Sequence record: SRR20825006_1719
Length of the DNA stretch: 62,366 nt
Strand: one strand, 5' to 3'
In this document: positions 12,533-22,932 of the stretch, in pieces
How positions within the stretch are numbered: the stretch's first letter is position 1
How the letters are laid out: the number at the start of each line of letters is the position of its first letter
Notes under the pieces: model-generated
What the model saw: the letters and a program-made list of their open reading frames with translations, nothing else
Told to the model about the DNA's origin: nothing
Databases searched by the model: none
Translations under genes and position numbers: made by a program

Positions 12533-12997
12533 TTATATTTCTGTAGAACCTTTTTCAGCAGCCAGATGTATGGCTTTACGAATACGAGAATACGTACCGC
12601 AACGGCAAATGTTACCAGCCATTGCAATATCTATGTCTTCATCTGAAGGATTAGGATTCTCTCTAAGTAAAACAGCAGCAGACATTATCTGCCCACTATG
12701 ACAATAGCCACACTGAGGCACGTCTACCTCCATCCAGGCTTGTTGCACCGGATGATCATTATTATCTGACAAACCTTCAATCGTGGTGATTTTTTTACCT
12801 TCTGCGCGTTTTACTTTAGTAACACAAGAACGCACAGCCTCACCATCTAAATGCACTACGCAGGCACCACATTGCGCTACACCACAACCATATTTGGTTC
12901 CGGTTAAATTGAGTGTATCACGCAACACCCATAAAATAGGGGTTTCAGGATCTACATCTACATCTACATTTTTGTTATTAATTGTTAAAGAGACCAT
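12533..12997 (-). CDS. iorA: 2x[2Fe-2S] small subunit (IorA/CoxS family)
   Basis: [30 protein letters not shown]. Confidence 0.95.
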   Translation of the reverse strand: MVSLTINNKNVDVDVDPETPILWVLRDTLNLTGTKYGCGVAQCGACVVHLDGEAVRSCVTKVKRAEGKKITTIEGLSDNNDHPVQQAWMEVDVPQCGYCHSGQIMSAAVLLRENPNPSDEDIDIAMAGNICRCGTYSRIRKAIHLAAEKGSTEI

Positions 12998-13039
12998 AGG
13001 AATATAGTTTTAAACACACACCGTGTATTGTGTGAATAG

Positions 13040-13105
13040 TAAAATTGAACAATTTTTAATGGATTTTCTTATGCTAATCAAACCAAACATTGCATAAATA
13101 AAACA
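13040..13105 (-). promoter_or_regulatory. AraC-type direct-repeat operator upstream of iorA-cytc-iorB
   Basis: TTATGCTAATCAAAC-n6-TTGCATAAATAAAACA 13069-13105; weak -7-like box 13040-13047. Confidence 0.58.
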
Positions 13106-13235
13106 ATCTATGTTAAAAAATTAATCAGCATTTAGACAAACCCTGGGACATTCGGCGAAAATAATTTTTAATTTCTTGAGAACCTTCGGGATTCTGTACC
13201 GTTGCTAGAACATAAAACACGAAGAAATTAAAAAC

Positions 13236-14132
13236 TTAAGCGCTTCTAAATGCACTTGGTGTCTTTTCTGAAAACTTTTTAAAGAAATTATTAAAGTGAG
13301 AAGCCTCGGCAAAACCTAATGAAAATGCAATATCTCCAATACTCCAGGCACTGTATTTTAGCAAGATTTGTGCTTCTCTAAAAATACGTTCCGCAATCAC
13401 TTTTGAGGTTGTTTTTGAAGTAGTCTCTTTGATGACACGGTTTAAATGATTCACATGAACATTTAGATGATCTGCATAATCAGAGGCGGTACGTAAACTG
13501 ATTTTCTGGTGATTCTCATCTATTGGAAACTGGCGTTCCAATAATTCAAAAAACAACGAAGATATACGTTGTGAAGCGTTAGCACTCTTAGCTTCACGTG
13601 GTTTATTATCTATCTTTAATGCGTAATGTATTAACTGATGAACCAGCGTTCTCAACACGTCATATTTATGAGGATAGTCAGACTCGATTTCCTCAAAAAT
13701 CTGAGCATAAATCGCATTTATCTCTGATACCTGAAAATCTGATAATTCAAACACATGATGTCCCTTAGGCTGAAAAACATCATACTGCTCTATGTTACCG
13801 AAGTTTTTTAAAAAGTGCTTATTGAAGATACAAAAGAAACTATCTTCAATAGGCCCTAAATGCTCACAATTATAAGGTATGAATGGATTAGAGAAGGAAA
13901 GCGCCTGTTTTTCTACCGCAACAGTTTTATCTGCAAAATGAAAGTTACACTTGCCTTTTACAAGCATTATTTTAAAAAAATCTCTTCTTTTATAAGGTAT
14001 TGGCTTAGGATCTGAGCCTACAAAGGGATCCAATTTAAAAACATTGAAATGGCCAACTTCATTTTTTAAATTTTCAGGAACCCAATTAAATTTTCGGGAA
14101 TAAAATTCTTCTAGATTTTCTACATCAGCCAT
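13236..14132 (-). CDS. AraC-family transcriptional regulator
   Basis: C-terminal double HTH (YADHLNVHVNHLNRVIK; IAFSLGF.EASHFNNFFKK...TPSAFR); ATG at 14132 preferred over TTG at 14138. Confidence 0.93.
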   Translation of the reverse strand: MADVENLEEFYSRKFNWVPENLKNEVGHFNVFKLDPFVGSDPKPIPYKRRDFFKIMLVKGKCNFHFADKTVAVEKQALSFSNPFIPYNCEHLGPIEDSFFCIFNKHFLKNFGNIEQYDVFQPKGHHVFELSDFQVSEINAIYAQIFEEIESDYPHKYDVLRTLVHQLIHYALKIDNKPREAKSANASQRISSLFFELLERQFPIDENHQKISLRTASDYADHLNVHVNHLNRVIKETTSKTTSKVIAERIFREAQILLKYSAWSIGDIAFSLGFAEASHFNNFFKKFSEKTPSAFRSA

Positions 14133-14162
14133 AGTCAATTCTCTTTTTCGTCTTAGAAGTTA

Positions 14163-14228
14163 CAAAAATCAAGCTAATTACAATTTTTCTATAACACGAT
14201 TCAAACCATAACTTACGATTTTCAAACA
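14163..14228 (-). promoter_or_regulatory. AraC-type direct-repeat operator at the AraC gene itself (autoregulation)
   Basis: TAACACGATTCAAAC-n6-TTACGATTTTCAAACA 14192-14228; GATTTTTG box 14163-14170. Confidence 0.75.
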
Positions 14229-14477
14229 GTGCTTTGTACTATAATGTATTACCACCAAAATTTACCTGTTACAGTCATTCCTTTTCTTATAAAATCAATG
14301 GATTAAAATTTTTTAATTGCATTCTCTTTTTAAAACCTCTTAAATTTAAATTGAAATTCTTAACACCTATTGTCTCCTATAACACTAAACATTGAATCTC
14401 TCAGCTTGAAATACTCTTACTGCTTTACGATTGCGCATTTTTAATTTCTAAACCACCCTTGTGCACCTCGTTTAGAA

Positions 14478-14543
14478 TATTTGATTTTCATAATAAATTG
14501 TTTGAAAAGGTTTAATTATTTAAGTGACTTCCACTGAACTTTG
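14478..14543 (+). promoter_or_regulatory. AraC-type direct-repeat operator and -7 box upstream of ADH
   Basis: 14478-14514 reverse complement TAAACCTTTTCAAAC-n6-TTATGAAAATCAAATA; GAACTTTG at 14536-14543. Confidence 0.65.
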
Positions 14544-14600
14544 CAGTGCGTTTAGACCTTCTATTCTAGCGCAGATTTAATATCCTTTAAAAAATTAACT

Positions 14601-15656
14601 ATGAGTACAACAACAGTAAAAGCTTATGGAACTAGTGCAGCAGATAAGCCGCTAGAAGCTATGGAAATTAAGCGAAGAGCGTTAAAGGCAAAAGATGTAG
14701 CATTTGAAATTCTTTATTGTGGTATTTGCCACTCAGATCTGCATCAAATTAAAAATGATTTTGGTGGTACCATGTGGCCTATTGTTCCCGGTCACGAGAT
14801 TGTAGGACGAGTTACCCAGATAGGTTCTGAAGTTTCTAATTTTAAAGTAGGTGATCTTGCGGCAGTAGGGTGTATTGTAGACTCCTGTGGACATTGTGAA
14901 CATTGTGAAGAAAGCCTTGAGATGTTTTGTGAGAATGGTGTGACCTTTTCTTTTAATTCTCCTGACACCTATATGGAAGGCGAACACACCTACGGTGGTT
15001 TCTCTAAAACCTATGTATGTGAAGAAAAGTATACCTTAAAAATGCCGGCCTTTGAAGATCTTGCTTCAGCTGCTCCACTATTATGCGCGGGTATCACTGT
15101 GTACTCGCCGTTAAGACATTGGGGCGCCGGACCAGACAAAAAAGTAGGCGTTTTAGGAATAGGTGGTTTAGGTCATCTTGCCATTAAGATAGCAAAAGCA
15201 ATGGGCTCTGAAGTCACTGTTTTCACCACTTCTCCTGCTAAAGTTGAAGATGCAAAACGTCTAGGTGCAGATAAAGCAGTGCTCTCTACAGATGAGGCGC
15301 AAATGAAGGCTGCTATGGGGTCTCAAGACATCATTATCGACACCGTTTCGGCAAAACATGATGTAAATCAATACTTGGGAATGTTGAAAGTAGATGGTTC
15401 CTTAGTTTTAGTTGGCTTACCTCCTGAAGCACTAGAAGTTGGTGCTTTTAATGTAGTTATGGGACGCAAAAGCTTCTCTGGCTCTAATATTGGTGGTATC
15501 GCTGAAACTCAAGAAATGCTTGATTTTTGCTATGAGCACAATATTGTCGCCGAGTCAGAAATCATTACGATGCCAGAAGTAAATGAAGCTTTTGAACGTC
15601 TCGAAAAAGGAGATGTAAAATATCGCTTTGTGATCGATATGGCTTCACTCAACTAA
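14601..15656 (+). CDS. Zn-dependent NAD(P)H alcohol dehydrogenase/aldehyde reductase (YahK/CAD-like)
   Basis: GICHSD, PGHE, CxxCxxC-x7-C structural Zn site, APLLCAGIT, GIGGLG, YRFVID. Confidence 0.95.
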   Translation: MSTTTVKAYGTSAADKPLEAMEIKRRALKAKDVAFEILYCGICHSDLHQIKNDFGGTMWPIVPGHEIVGRVTQIGSEVSNFKVGDLAAVGCIVDSCGHCEHCEESLEMFCENGVTFSFNSPDTYMEGEHTYGGFSKTYVCEEKYTLKMPAFEDLASAAPLLCAGITVYSPLRHWGAGPDKKVGVLGIGGLGHLAIKIAKAMGSEVTVFTTSPAKVEDAKRLGADKAVLSTDEAQMKAAMGSQDIIIDTVSAKHDVNQYLGMLKVDGSLVLVGLPPEALEVGAFNVVMGRKSFSGSNIGGIAETQEMLDFCYEHNIVAESEIITMPEVNEAFERLEKGDVKYRFVIDMASLN

Positions 15657-15676
15657 TTTTAAAAACAAAAGTTAGT

Positions 15677-15708
15677 AAAGGATTACTCTTCTCGAGTAAC
15701 CCTTTTTT
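15677..15708. terminator. Intrinsic terminator between convergent genes
   Basis: AAAGGATTACTC-TTCTC-GAGTAACCCTTTTTT. Confidence 0.75.
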
Positions 15709-15775
15709 CTGGTATATATGTGAAGTACTTGCAAGGATCTTAGTAGTATTCACAACACTCCTTATTTATCAAATT

Positions 15776-16312
15776 TTAGTGCTCTACTTCTACCTCTCGT
15801 CTAACAAAGTTTGAGGTTCTGTTCTTAATAAGCCATTTTCCATTTTGCTTTTCATAAACATCGTTATATATAGTGTAGAGCGTTGTTTTGGTTGTAGTTC
15901 CTTCTTGATTTCCTACTAAAATCACTCTACAATAACTAGTTGCTTTTGCTGAAGCTTCTGTGAGCTCCTCAATAGTTTGCTGTCCGTTTTGATGATAGAC
16001 CGTTTGAAAGTTGGCCAGGAACCCTTCAAAAGCCGCTTTTAATTGCGCTCTTCCTTTTAATACGGTACGATTCCCATCAGAAACAGAAACTACTTCTGCA
16101 TCTTCTGTAAAAAGCATAACCTGCTGATCAATCTCCTTTGTATCAGCAAGATTAGAAAATGTGTCAACGAGTGCTTTAATAGCCAGTTTATCTTCTATGC
16201 GTGTAAGACGTTCTTCAATAGATTTTGTTTTCATGGTTTGAGCATTTAAAATCGAGGTAAATAAAATTAGCAAGCTAACTGTGTATGTCTTTAATGTTTT
16301 CATAGTAATCAT
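15776..16312 (-). CDS. SnoaL/NTF2-like protein with signal peptide
   Basis: IEDKLAIKALVD..ADTK...LFTEDA, HQNGQ, YNDVY....GKWLIKNR; start probably ATG 16312 (TAATG overlap) or 16303. Confidence 0.82.
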   Translation of the reverse strand: MITMKTLKTYTVSLLILFTSILNAQTMKTKSIEERLTRIEDKLAIKALVDTFSNLADTKEIDQQVMLFTEDAEVVSVSDGNRTVLKGRAQLKAAFEGFLANFQTVYHQNGQQTIEELTEASAKATSYCRVILVGNQEGTTTKTTLYTIYNDVYEKQNGKWLIKNRTSNFVRREVEVEH

Positions 16313-17379
16313 TATTCTGTGTTTTCTGTAATCCATTTAATTAAATAATCTGCTATTTGCTGGTTATTCCTGTCCTGCATAAGCATATGGCTGTTTCCTT
16401 TAAACCCAAGATCAGTTAATTTGAGCGTTGTGGCTGTTCCGCCTGCAGCTTCAAGTCTATTTGTAAAGCGTTGCCATCCTTCATAATAATCTTGCCAAGA
16501 ATGGCCCGGTAAGCCTGTCTCATTTGTGAGATAATCTCCAAAAAGAATTAAAACAGGTATATCCTTTAGCTTTGCCACTTGCTGATCGTTGTAATTATCG
16601 CCCGTTCCTCCGGGTTCTAGCATAATAATCGCTTGAATACCCTGCGCATCTAATAATGCCGTTTCAATAGGAAAGCTGCCTGATTGGGAGTGACTCATTA
16701 AAACCACAGCCTTTAAATCTTTTGCAAGCGTAGAAAGATTTAAATAATTAGGATTAGGGTCTGGCAGGCCAAATAAAGAAAACGGAATACTCTGTTTTGA
16801 AAATTCAGTAGCAGTTGCCTTATCATACTGCGCGTGAGCAACAGCATCCCCATTTTTGAGTCCGAATCTAAAGTTAATCCAGCTATTATCATCTGAAATA
16901 CGATGGAAAATTTGCTGTACACCCGCCGAAGTTTTACCTGCTTGAACTTGATTATAAGCCTTTTGATTAAACCCTGAACGCCCTGCTCCCACTTGATCTA
17001 CAGTATAGGTAGCAAAGCCCTTACGTACAAAATATTCATACCATCCCATGCTTCCATCCGGTACCGTCTCATAGGTTTTTCCGCTCAAATTCATACCATG
17101 TATCATCACCACCGAAGCTTTATGTTTTCGCTTCTTAGGAATCATAAAATTTACATACATCTGATGCACGGTAACACTACCTGGCGTGCTATATCCGCCT
17201 AAATCTAAAGCTGATTGCTCCTCTTGCTCTCCACCTACATAAAAACTACCTAAACCTTTTAATTTTAGCGTTTCATTTTCAAATTGAAGGGATGAATAGC
17301 GCTGCGCATTACCAATGTTAAAACACAGCTGCATTAAAAGAATGATCAAACAACCGTGAACCCAATTATAAATCCTCAT
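16312..17379 (-). CDS. Secreted alpha/beta-hydrolase (esterase-like)
   Basis: Signal peptide ending GNA-Q; MIHG oxyanion region, SHSQSG nucleophile elbow, GNSHMLM. Confidence 0.85.
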   Translation of the reverse strand: MRIYNWVHGCLIILLMQLCFNIGNAQRYSSLQFENETLKLKGLGSFYVGGEQEEQSALDLGGYSTPGSVTVHQMYVNFMIPKKRKHKASVVMIHGMNLSGKTYETVPDGSMGWYEYFVRKGFATYTVDQVGAGRSGFNQKAYNQVQAGKTSAGVQQIFHRISDDNSWINFRFGLKNGDAVAHAQYDKATATEFSKQSIPFSLFGLPDPNPNYLNLSTLAKDLKAVVLMSHSQSGSFPIETALLDAQGIQAIIMLEPGGTGDNYNDQQVAKLKDIPVLILFGDYLTNETGLPGHSWQDYYEGWQRFTNRLEAAGGTATTLKLTDLGFKGNSHMLMQDRNNQQIADYLIKWITENTE

Positions 17380-18481
17380 GAATCGATTCTTTGGTTCTAA
17401 ACCCTATTGTAGGTAATTGTTCTAAAGCTAGCCTGAATTCCTTAAGATCTTCTGAACTCAGTTTGAGGTCTAGAGCTCCTAGATTTTCCTTTAGATGTTT
17501 ATTGTTAGTTGTACCTGGTATAGGCACGATAAAAGGTTTTTGAGCCATTAACCAAGCTAATGCAAACTGCGCTGGAGTGGCATTTTTTTCAGAAGCCCAA
17601 CGCGTTGCTAATTGTGTAACTTTAAGGTTGACCTCAAGCGCTTCAGGAGTAAAATAAGGAACACCTGCTCTACGATATTGAGGATCTGGTTTAAAATTCT
17701 TATCAAACCTACCAGTCAACATTCCTCTACATAAAGGCCCCCAAGGCACAAAAGCTATATTTAAAGATTCGCAGAGGTCAAGCATCTCATATTCCATCAC
17801 ACGCTCAAGCATAGAATATTCGCTTTGCAACGCTGCTACAGGCTGAATCGAGTGTGCTCTACGTATAGTTTCTGGTGCAACTTCTGACAAACCAAAATTA
17901 CGAACCTTACCTTCGTTGATTAATTCTTTTACTGTGCCCGCAATATCTTCAATTGGTGTGTTCGGGTCCATTCTATGTAAGTACAAAAGGTCTATAACGT
18001 CAGTTTGCAAACGCTTTAGCATACCTTCTACTGCGTTCCGAATACTCTGCGGACTACTATCACGTCCTGTAACCTGTTTACCATTATATTCAAAACCGAA
18101 TTTTGTTGCAATATTTACCTTATTACGAAAGGGTTGCAGCGCCGCTCCTACAAGTTCTTCGCTGTAAAATGGCCCGTATACTTCTGCAGTATCAAAAAAA
18201 TCAACCCCCTGTTCATAGGCCTCGCGAATAAGCTTTATCATTTGCGATCTATCTTGCGGTGCATTGTATATACCCGCCATATTCATACAGCCTAAACCCA
18301 ACGGACTCACTTTTAAGTTCCCAATTTTACGAGCGGCTTTAAAATCTACAGCAGCTAGTCTTTCGGAAGAAAAATTAGCATGGCTTTTAAAAAATGGAAA
18401 ACTTCCCGCGGTCAATAGCATACCCGCAGTCGCCAATGTACCGTTTTGCAGAAATGCTCTTCGTTTCATAGATTTTTTCAT
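17366..18481 (-). CDS. Aldo/keto reductase (AKR13-like) with twin-arginine signal
   Basis: MKRRAFLQ Tat motif and SHA-N cleavage site; LGLGCMN, FDTAEVYG, IATKFG, YLHRMD. Confidence 0.9.
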   Translation of the reverse strand: MKKSMKRRAFLQNGTLATAGMLLTAGSFPFFKSHANFSSERLAAVDFKAARKIGNLKVSPLGLGCMNMAGIYNAPQDRSQMIKLIREAYEQGVDFFDTAEVYGPFYSEELVGAALQPFRNKVNIATKFGFEYNGKQVTGRDSSPQSIRNAVEGMLKRLQTDVIDLLYLHRMDPNTPIEDIAGTVKELINEGKVRNFGLSEVAPETIRRAHSIQPVAALQSEYSMLERVMEYEMLDLCESLNIAFVPWGPLCRGMLTGRFDKNFKPDPQYRRAGVPYFTPEALEVNLKVTQLATRWASEKNATPAQFALAWLMAQKPFIVPIPGTTNNKHLKENLGALDLKLSSEDLKEFRLALEQLPTIGFRTKESIHEDL

Positions 18482-18573
18482 ATTCTTCTTTTTTATTTGG
18501 TATAAGTTCTATGAAGTAAGCGAGAGAAAATTTTAAATTTCTAAACTACAAATACTTACTTCTTTACATAACC

Positions 18574-18640
18574 CAAAATTAGAGAAGCGTCTAGATTCAA
18601 TTAAGACATATATTACTGCACTTTTTTCACATATTACTGT
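18574..18640 (-). promoter_or_regulatory. Promoter (-7 TAATTTTG) and ATATTACTG direct repeat, probable site of the adjacent AraC
   Basis: caaaatta 18574-18581; ATATTACTG at 18610-18618 and 18631-18639 (21-bp period). Confidence 0.68.
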
Positions 18641-18678
18641 AACTTTAATCTGCTCAATACCTATTAAAATTAGAAGTT

Positions 18679-19494
18679 ATGCAAGAGATCTTAGTGACCC
18701 ATGCTCTTACAGATGCAGATTTTCTTAAAGACAATGGTCATAATCACTTTATTCATATTTTATGCCTTACTGGTAATGCTACTCTGCGTATAGACGAAAC
18801 CGAATACTTTCTTTCTTCTAATGCATTGGCGATTGTGTTACCGCATCTTAAAGTTGAAATTTTAAATGCTTCACCAACTTTTGAAGTGAAGATTTTATAT
18901 ATCTCGTTTGAACTCATGAGTTTGAACAATCCTGATATCAGTTGGGGTATCAAAGCATACTTATACTCCAAAGAAAATCCTGTAATACAACTTGAAGAAC
19001 ATCAAGTTCAAGTTTGCCTTTCTTTCTTTTCTGATTTACATGAGCGGTCTCAAAATCATACACATACCTTCAGAAAGCAAGTATTAAATCTGCATATTCA
19101 ACTATTTATCTATGAGATGTGGCACATCTTTTCAACCGTTATCCAACAACAAACCGCGCAAACAGATAAACGCTCTTTATTTCAAAGATTTCTACAGTTG
19201 GTTGAATATCATTGTATGGAGCAACGTGAAGTGCGCTTTTATGCCAATTTGCTTTTTATAACACCTAAGTACCTTTCTGAACTTTGCAAAAAACATAGTG
19301 GTAAGAGTGCATCAGAATGGATTAAAAATTACACCAGAACACGGCTTATAATGCTGCTTAGGAATGAGCAATTAAGCTTTGTTCAAATTGCTGATACTAT
19401 GCATTTTTCTAGTCAGTCTTTTTTTAGTCGTTATGTAAAAGATGTTCTTGGCTTAACACCTAGTGCGTATAGAGCAAGACTGGCTAATACTTAA
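18679..19494 (+). CDS. AraC-family transcriptional regulator
   Basis: FYANLLFITPKYLSELCK; IADTMHFSSQSFFSRY.K...GLTPSAYR. Confidence 0.92.
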   Translation: MQEILVTHALTDADFLKDNGHNHFIHILCLTGNATLRIDETEYFLSSNALAIVLPHLKVEILNASPTFEVKILYISFELMSLNNPDISWGIKAYLYSKENPVIQLEEHQVQVCLSFFSDLHERSQNHTHTFRKQVLNLHIQLFIYEMWHIFSTVIQQQTAQTDKRSLFQRFLQLVEYHCMEQREVRFYANLLFITPKYLSELCKKHSGKSASEWIKNYTRTRLIMLLRNEQLSFVQIADTMHFSSQSFFSRYVKDVLGLTPSAYRARLANT

Positions 19495-19639
19495 AGAGTC
19501 AAACTAACAAGTAAAAAATACCTTAATTAACTATCTAGTGTTAAAAAGGGGCTAATTCGGTGTCAGTAAATATTATAGTACGCTTTTAAGCCTTATAAAT
19601 ATTATGAAACTGCAAATTCGGATAGTTCCTCTTTCTCCG

Positions 19640-19680
19640 AAAAAAGCCCCGTTATCGCAATGATGACGGGGCTTTTCTTT
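19640..19680. terminator. Bidirectional terminator hairpin; related to 74-111
   Basis: AAAAGCCCCGTTATC-GCAAT-GATGACGGGGCTTTT between convergent genes. Confidence 0.88.
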
Positions 19681-19705
19681 TAAAGGATAATAAGGAAAAA
19701 CAGTT

Positions 19706-20482
19706 TTACTTAGTTTGCGCTCTTCGCTTTGCTGCTGAAGCGTCTTCGGCTAAACCGTGTTTCCAATAAGAATAGGCGTGCCACTGCTTGCGCTCAAGGG
19801 TGTATGCTGCTCTAATATGTTGTTGTATGGCATCGACTATGGCATATTCCGCGGCAGTGAAAATGAAAGGCGTCTGGTCCTTTTCAATTGCAATATTTTT
19901 AAACGCTTCGGCTAAGACTGAACCTTGACCCGGTGTAGTGTTAAACTGCCACTGTATATCCATTCCTAACGGCTTCGTAAGATCAAGGATGTCTTCCTTT
20001 CCATAGACTTCAATAATGGCTGTTCCTTGAGAATTTTTGGGTAGGCTTTCTAAAAGCACACTGATCACCGGTAATGCCGTGTGATCACCAACTAAAATAT
20101 ACCTATCAGAAGGTATAAATAGCGGTTTTGTCTTTTCTTTCATCATCACCAAGAGCTCATCTCCCTTTTGTGCGTGTAGCGCCCACCGAGATGCAGGACC
20201 TTCTTCTCCGTGTGCCACAAAATCAATAGTCATTTCCCCTTTCTCCAAATCTAGATTACGCATTGTATAGGTGCGTATAATAGGGCGTTGCGCTTGCTCT
20301 TGTGCTAACGACCTAAAATCATCAGGAAGCATTAGCGGTACGCCATCTTGAGGCACTATGATTTTATTATTATCTCCCACTCTAGCGGCTGCAAAAGTTT
20401 CCAATGCAGCTCCTTCTAGAATTACTCTGATGTAATGTGGTGTTAAAAACGTTTTCTGTTTTACTGTGAGTATCGCTCTCAT
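19706..20482 (-). CDS. Siderophore-interacting protein (FAD-dependent ferric-siderophore reductase, ViuB/YqjH-like)
   Basis: RTYTMR, IDFVAHG..GPASRWA, LVGDHTALP, YWK.G. Confidence 0.92.
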   Translation of the reverse strand: MRAILTVKQKTFLTPHYIRVILEGAALETFAAARVGDNNKIIVPQDGVPLMLPDDFRSLAQEQAQRPIIRTYTMRNLDLEKGEMTIDFVAHGEEGPASRWALHAQKGDELLVMMKEKTKPLFIPSDRYILVGDHTALPVISVLLESLPKNSQGTAIIEVYGKEDILDLTKPLGMDIQWQFNTTPGQGSVLAEAFKNIAIEKDQTPFIFTAAEYAIVDAIQQHIRAAYTLERKQWHAYSYWKHGLAEDASAAKRRAQTK

Positions 20483-20492
20483 TTGCTTGTTT

Positions 20493-22865
20493 TTATCGTT
20501 TTCCTCCTGAATACGTCATCGCCTCTCCCTTACCAAAACTATAACTAACCCCTAGCGTAAAAAACCGCCCTCGTTTAGAAAAGTCATATAATGAAAAGGT
20601 TTGTTGATTGATGGTATTTTCTCTAATTCGAGATGCAAAAACATCACGAACACTAGCATTTACAACCATTTTTCCATCCCAGATTTTTTTGCGTAGTCCG
20701 GCGTCTAGAAATGCAAATCCAGAGATCTCGCCTTGAACGGTTTTATATTTAGATTCATAGTTTCCGTTAAGTTCTAAATCTATATCAGCGGGAAGATCAA
20801 ATTTAGTGGTCATTCTTGCCGTCCATTGATTTCCGCTGAAATCAAAATTCTGATCTTCAAATGTCCCTTCTCTAATAAAATAGCCGTAAATAAAATCTCC
20901 GGTAAGGGTCATAAAGGATAAGCCCGAATATTTCCCGTTAAGTTCAAAACCGTACTGATCACGTGTACCTATGTTTTGCGGCGTTGAAATATTGACGTTA
21001 TCTTCAAAAACCGAAACCGTTTCCACCACATCTGTGGTGTGCAAGAAATACAGACTACTGTTTAATGAAAGTTTGCCCACTCCTATAATACTCGTTAACT
21101 CGTAAGAGTCTGCAAACTCTGGCTGTAAGAACGGATTTCCTTGGCGTACGTTGTACACATTCTGAATGGTAAAAAACGGATTCAAATCCCATAAACGCGG
21201 TCTAAAAATACGCTTTGAATATCCTGCTTGCAGCGAAACCCGGTCAGACACTTTATAAGAGGTATGTACTGAAGGAAACCAGTTGTTATAAGCCTGGTTA
21301 TTTTGTTCATTAGTATTGGTAAGCAAGGTCGTGAGATCAGTATCTTCAAAGCGTAAACCTGCTTTTAAACCCCAGCGATCTCCCTCATAAGCGGCAGTCG
21401 CATACAACCCAAGTACTTTTTGATTAAACTCAAAATTATTGGTTAGATCAGTGTCTATGATAAACGCCCCATCTTCTTCGGTATAAACGGCATAGTCATT
21501 ACCTACATCGTTGATCTCATACATACTCCCAGCCTCAAGGGTTATACGCTCACTAAGCGGATTAGTATAATCAACTTTAAACGTGTAGTCAGACTGATAA
21601 AAGTCGGTTTCTGTTTTTTGATTGGGATCAATAGATTCCCCGGCTACCAGATTATTGATAAACGTAGAGCTTTGATCTTTTCCGAAGAAATTTCCGGTAG
21701 CACTGGCTAATAAAGCGTGATCCTCATCGTCCCCAAACTGACTTTTGTACTGTAGATCAAATTGATATTTAGGATTATCTGCTGAAGTTTCTCCCACTCG
21801 ATTATACTGCGAAACCAAATCTCCGGAAGCGTCCAGAGAACTGATGAGATAATTAGAAGGGGAATCTTCTTTTTCAAAAGCGTAGTTACCAGAAAGGGTA
21901 ACAATGTTTTTATCATTGATATAATAATCTGCTCCTAAAGTCAGATTGAAGAATGTCTCATTCTTATCTTCACCACCATCTGTAATAACACTGGTTCCTG
22001 ATTCGAGATTACGGTTAACGCTATTGCTTTCCATAGGAAGCGTGCGATGTCCCGCTCCCAACTGCGTAAAGAGATTAAACTTTTCAGAACGGTTGTTTAA
22101 GCTCAATCCTAAACTATGGTTATTAGGCACTCCGGTATTTACAGAAGCCGAACCGTTAAACCCGCGTTTCTCTTCTTTTTTAAGAATGATGTTGATGATT
22201 CCTGAGGTACCTTCGGCTTCATATTTTGCTGAAGGGTTAGTGATCACTTCAATACTTTCGATCATATCAGCCGTGATCGTCCCTAGCGCATTGCTCGACT
22301 CATCTGCCAGTACCGAAGGTTTTCCGTCGATAAGAATTTGAACACCACTGCTTCCACGCAAACTAATTGCGCCTTCAATATCAACATTCACCGAAGGTAC
22401 ATTGCTCAACACATCTAAGGCTCCCATTCCGGCAGAGCTTAAATCCTGACCTACGTTAAAAACCCTTCTATCCAGTTTAAATTCCATCGTAGAAGTTTCA
22501 GCGGTAACTACCACCTCATCCAGAGACTCTGTACTCATCCCAAGAACGATCGTCCCTAAATCGTGTGCACCTCCTGTGGGTAGGTCGTTGATCATTTTGG
22601 TTTGAAACCCTACAAAACTGATTTCAAGAACAGCCTGTTGATCTTCATAAGTAATCTTAAAATTACCATCATCACTGGTAGTGCTTCCGGTAATGACAGC
22701 CGCTGTCGTTTTGTTTTTCACCAGTACGGTTGCGTATGGTATGGGTTGGCCAGAACTTTCATCGGTAACAACTCCAGAGAGTGTGGTTTCTTGGGCCAGC
22801 CCTATAGTTTGCGCAGAAAGAAAAAGCGCAATACCTATAAGAAGTATTTTATAATTAAACTGCAT
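20493..22865 (-). CDS. TonB-dependent-receptor-like outer-membrane beta-barrel protein
   Basis: Signal peptide from ATG 22865; CarboxypepD_reg-like N-domain, plug (IEVITNPSAKYEAEG.SGIINIILKK), barrel ending LGVSYSFGK. Confidence 0.88.
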   Translation of the reverse strand: MQFNYKILLIGIALFLSAQTIGLAQETTLSGVVTDESSGQPIPYATVLVKNKTTAAVITGSTTSDDGNFKITYEDQQAVLEISFVGFQTKMINDLPTGGAHDLGTIVLGMSTESLDEVVVTAETSTMEFKLDRRVFNVGQDLSSAGMGALDVLSNVPSVNVDIEGAISLRGSSGVQILIDGKPSVLADESSNALGTITADMIESIEVITNPSAKYEAEGTSGIINIILKKEEKRGFNGSASVNTGVPNNHSLGLSLNNRSEKFNLFTQLGAGHRTLPMESNSVNRNLESGTSVITDGGEDKNETFFNLTLGADYYINDKNIVTLSGNYAFEKEDSPSNYLISSLDASGDLVSQYNRVGETSADNPKYQFDLQYKSQFGDDEDHALLASATGNFFGKDQSSTFINNLVAGESIDPNQKTETDFYQSDYTFKVDYTNPLSERITLEAGSMYEINDVGNDYAVYTEEDGAFIIDTDLTNNFEFNQKVLGLYATAAYEGDRWGLKAGLRFEDTDLTTLLTNTNEQNNQAYNNWFPSVHTSYKVSDRVSLQAGYSKRIFRPRLWDLNPFFTIQNVYNVRQGNPFLQPEFADSYELTSIIGVGKLSLNSSLYFLHTTDVVETVSVFEDNVNISTPQNIGTRDQYGFELNGKYSGLSFMTLTGDFIYGYFIREGTFEDQNFDFSGNQWTARMTTKFDLPADIDLELNGNYESKYKTVQGEISGFAFLDAGLRKKIWDGKMVVNASVRDVFASRIRENTINQQTFSLYDFSKRGRFFTLGVSYSFGKGEAMTYSGGKR

Positions 22866-22932
22866 AAATTGATTGTTTAGATTTGAATGCAAAAGAGCAA
22901 AACCTATTGAAAAGTAGCACATTAATATTGGC

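Noticed and set aside
13178-13195. Small hairpin with a cUUCGg-like loop downstream of araC
   Set aside because: Short bulged stem, tetraloop on the non-transcribed strand, no U-tract; insufficient evidence
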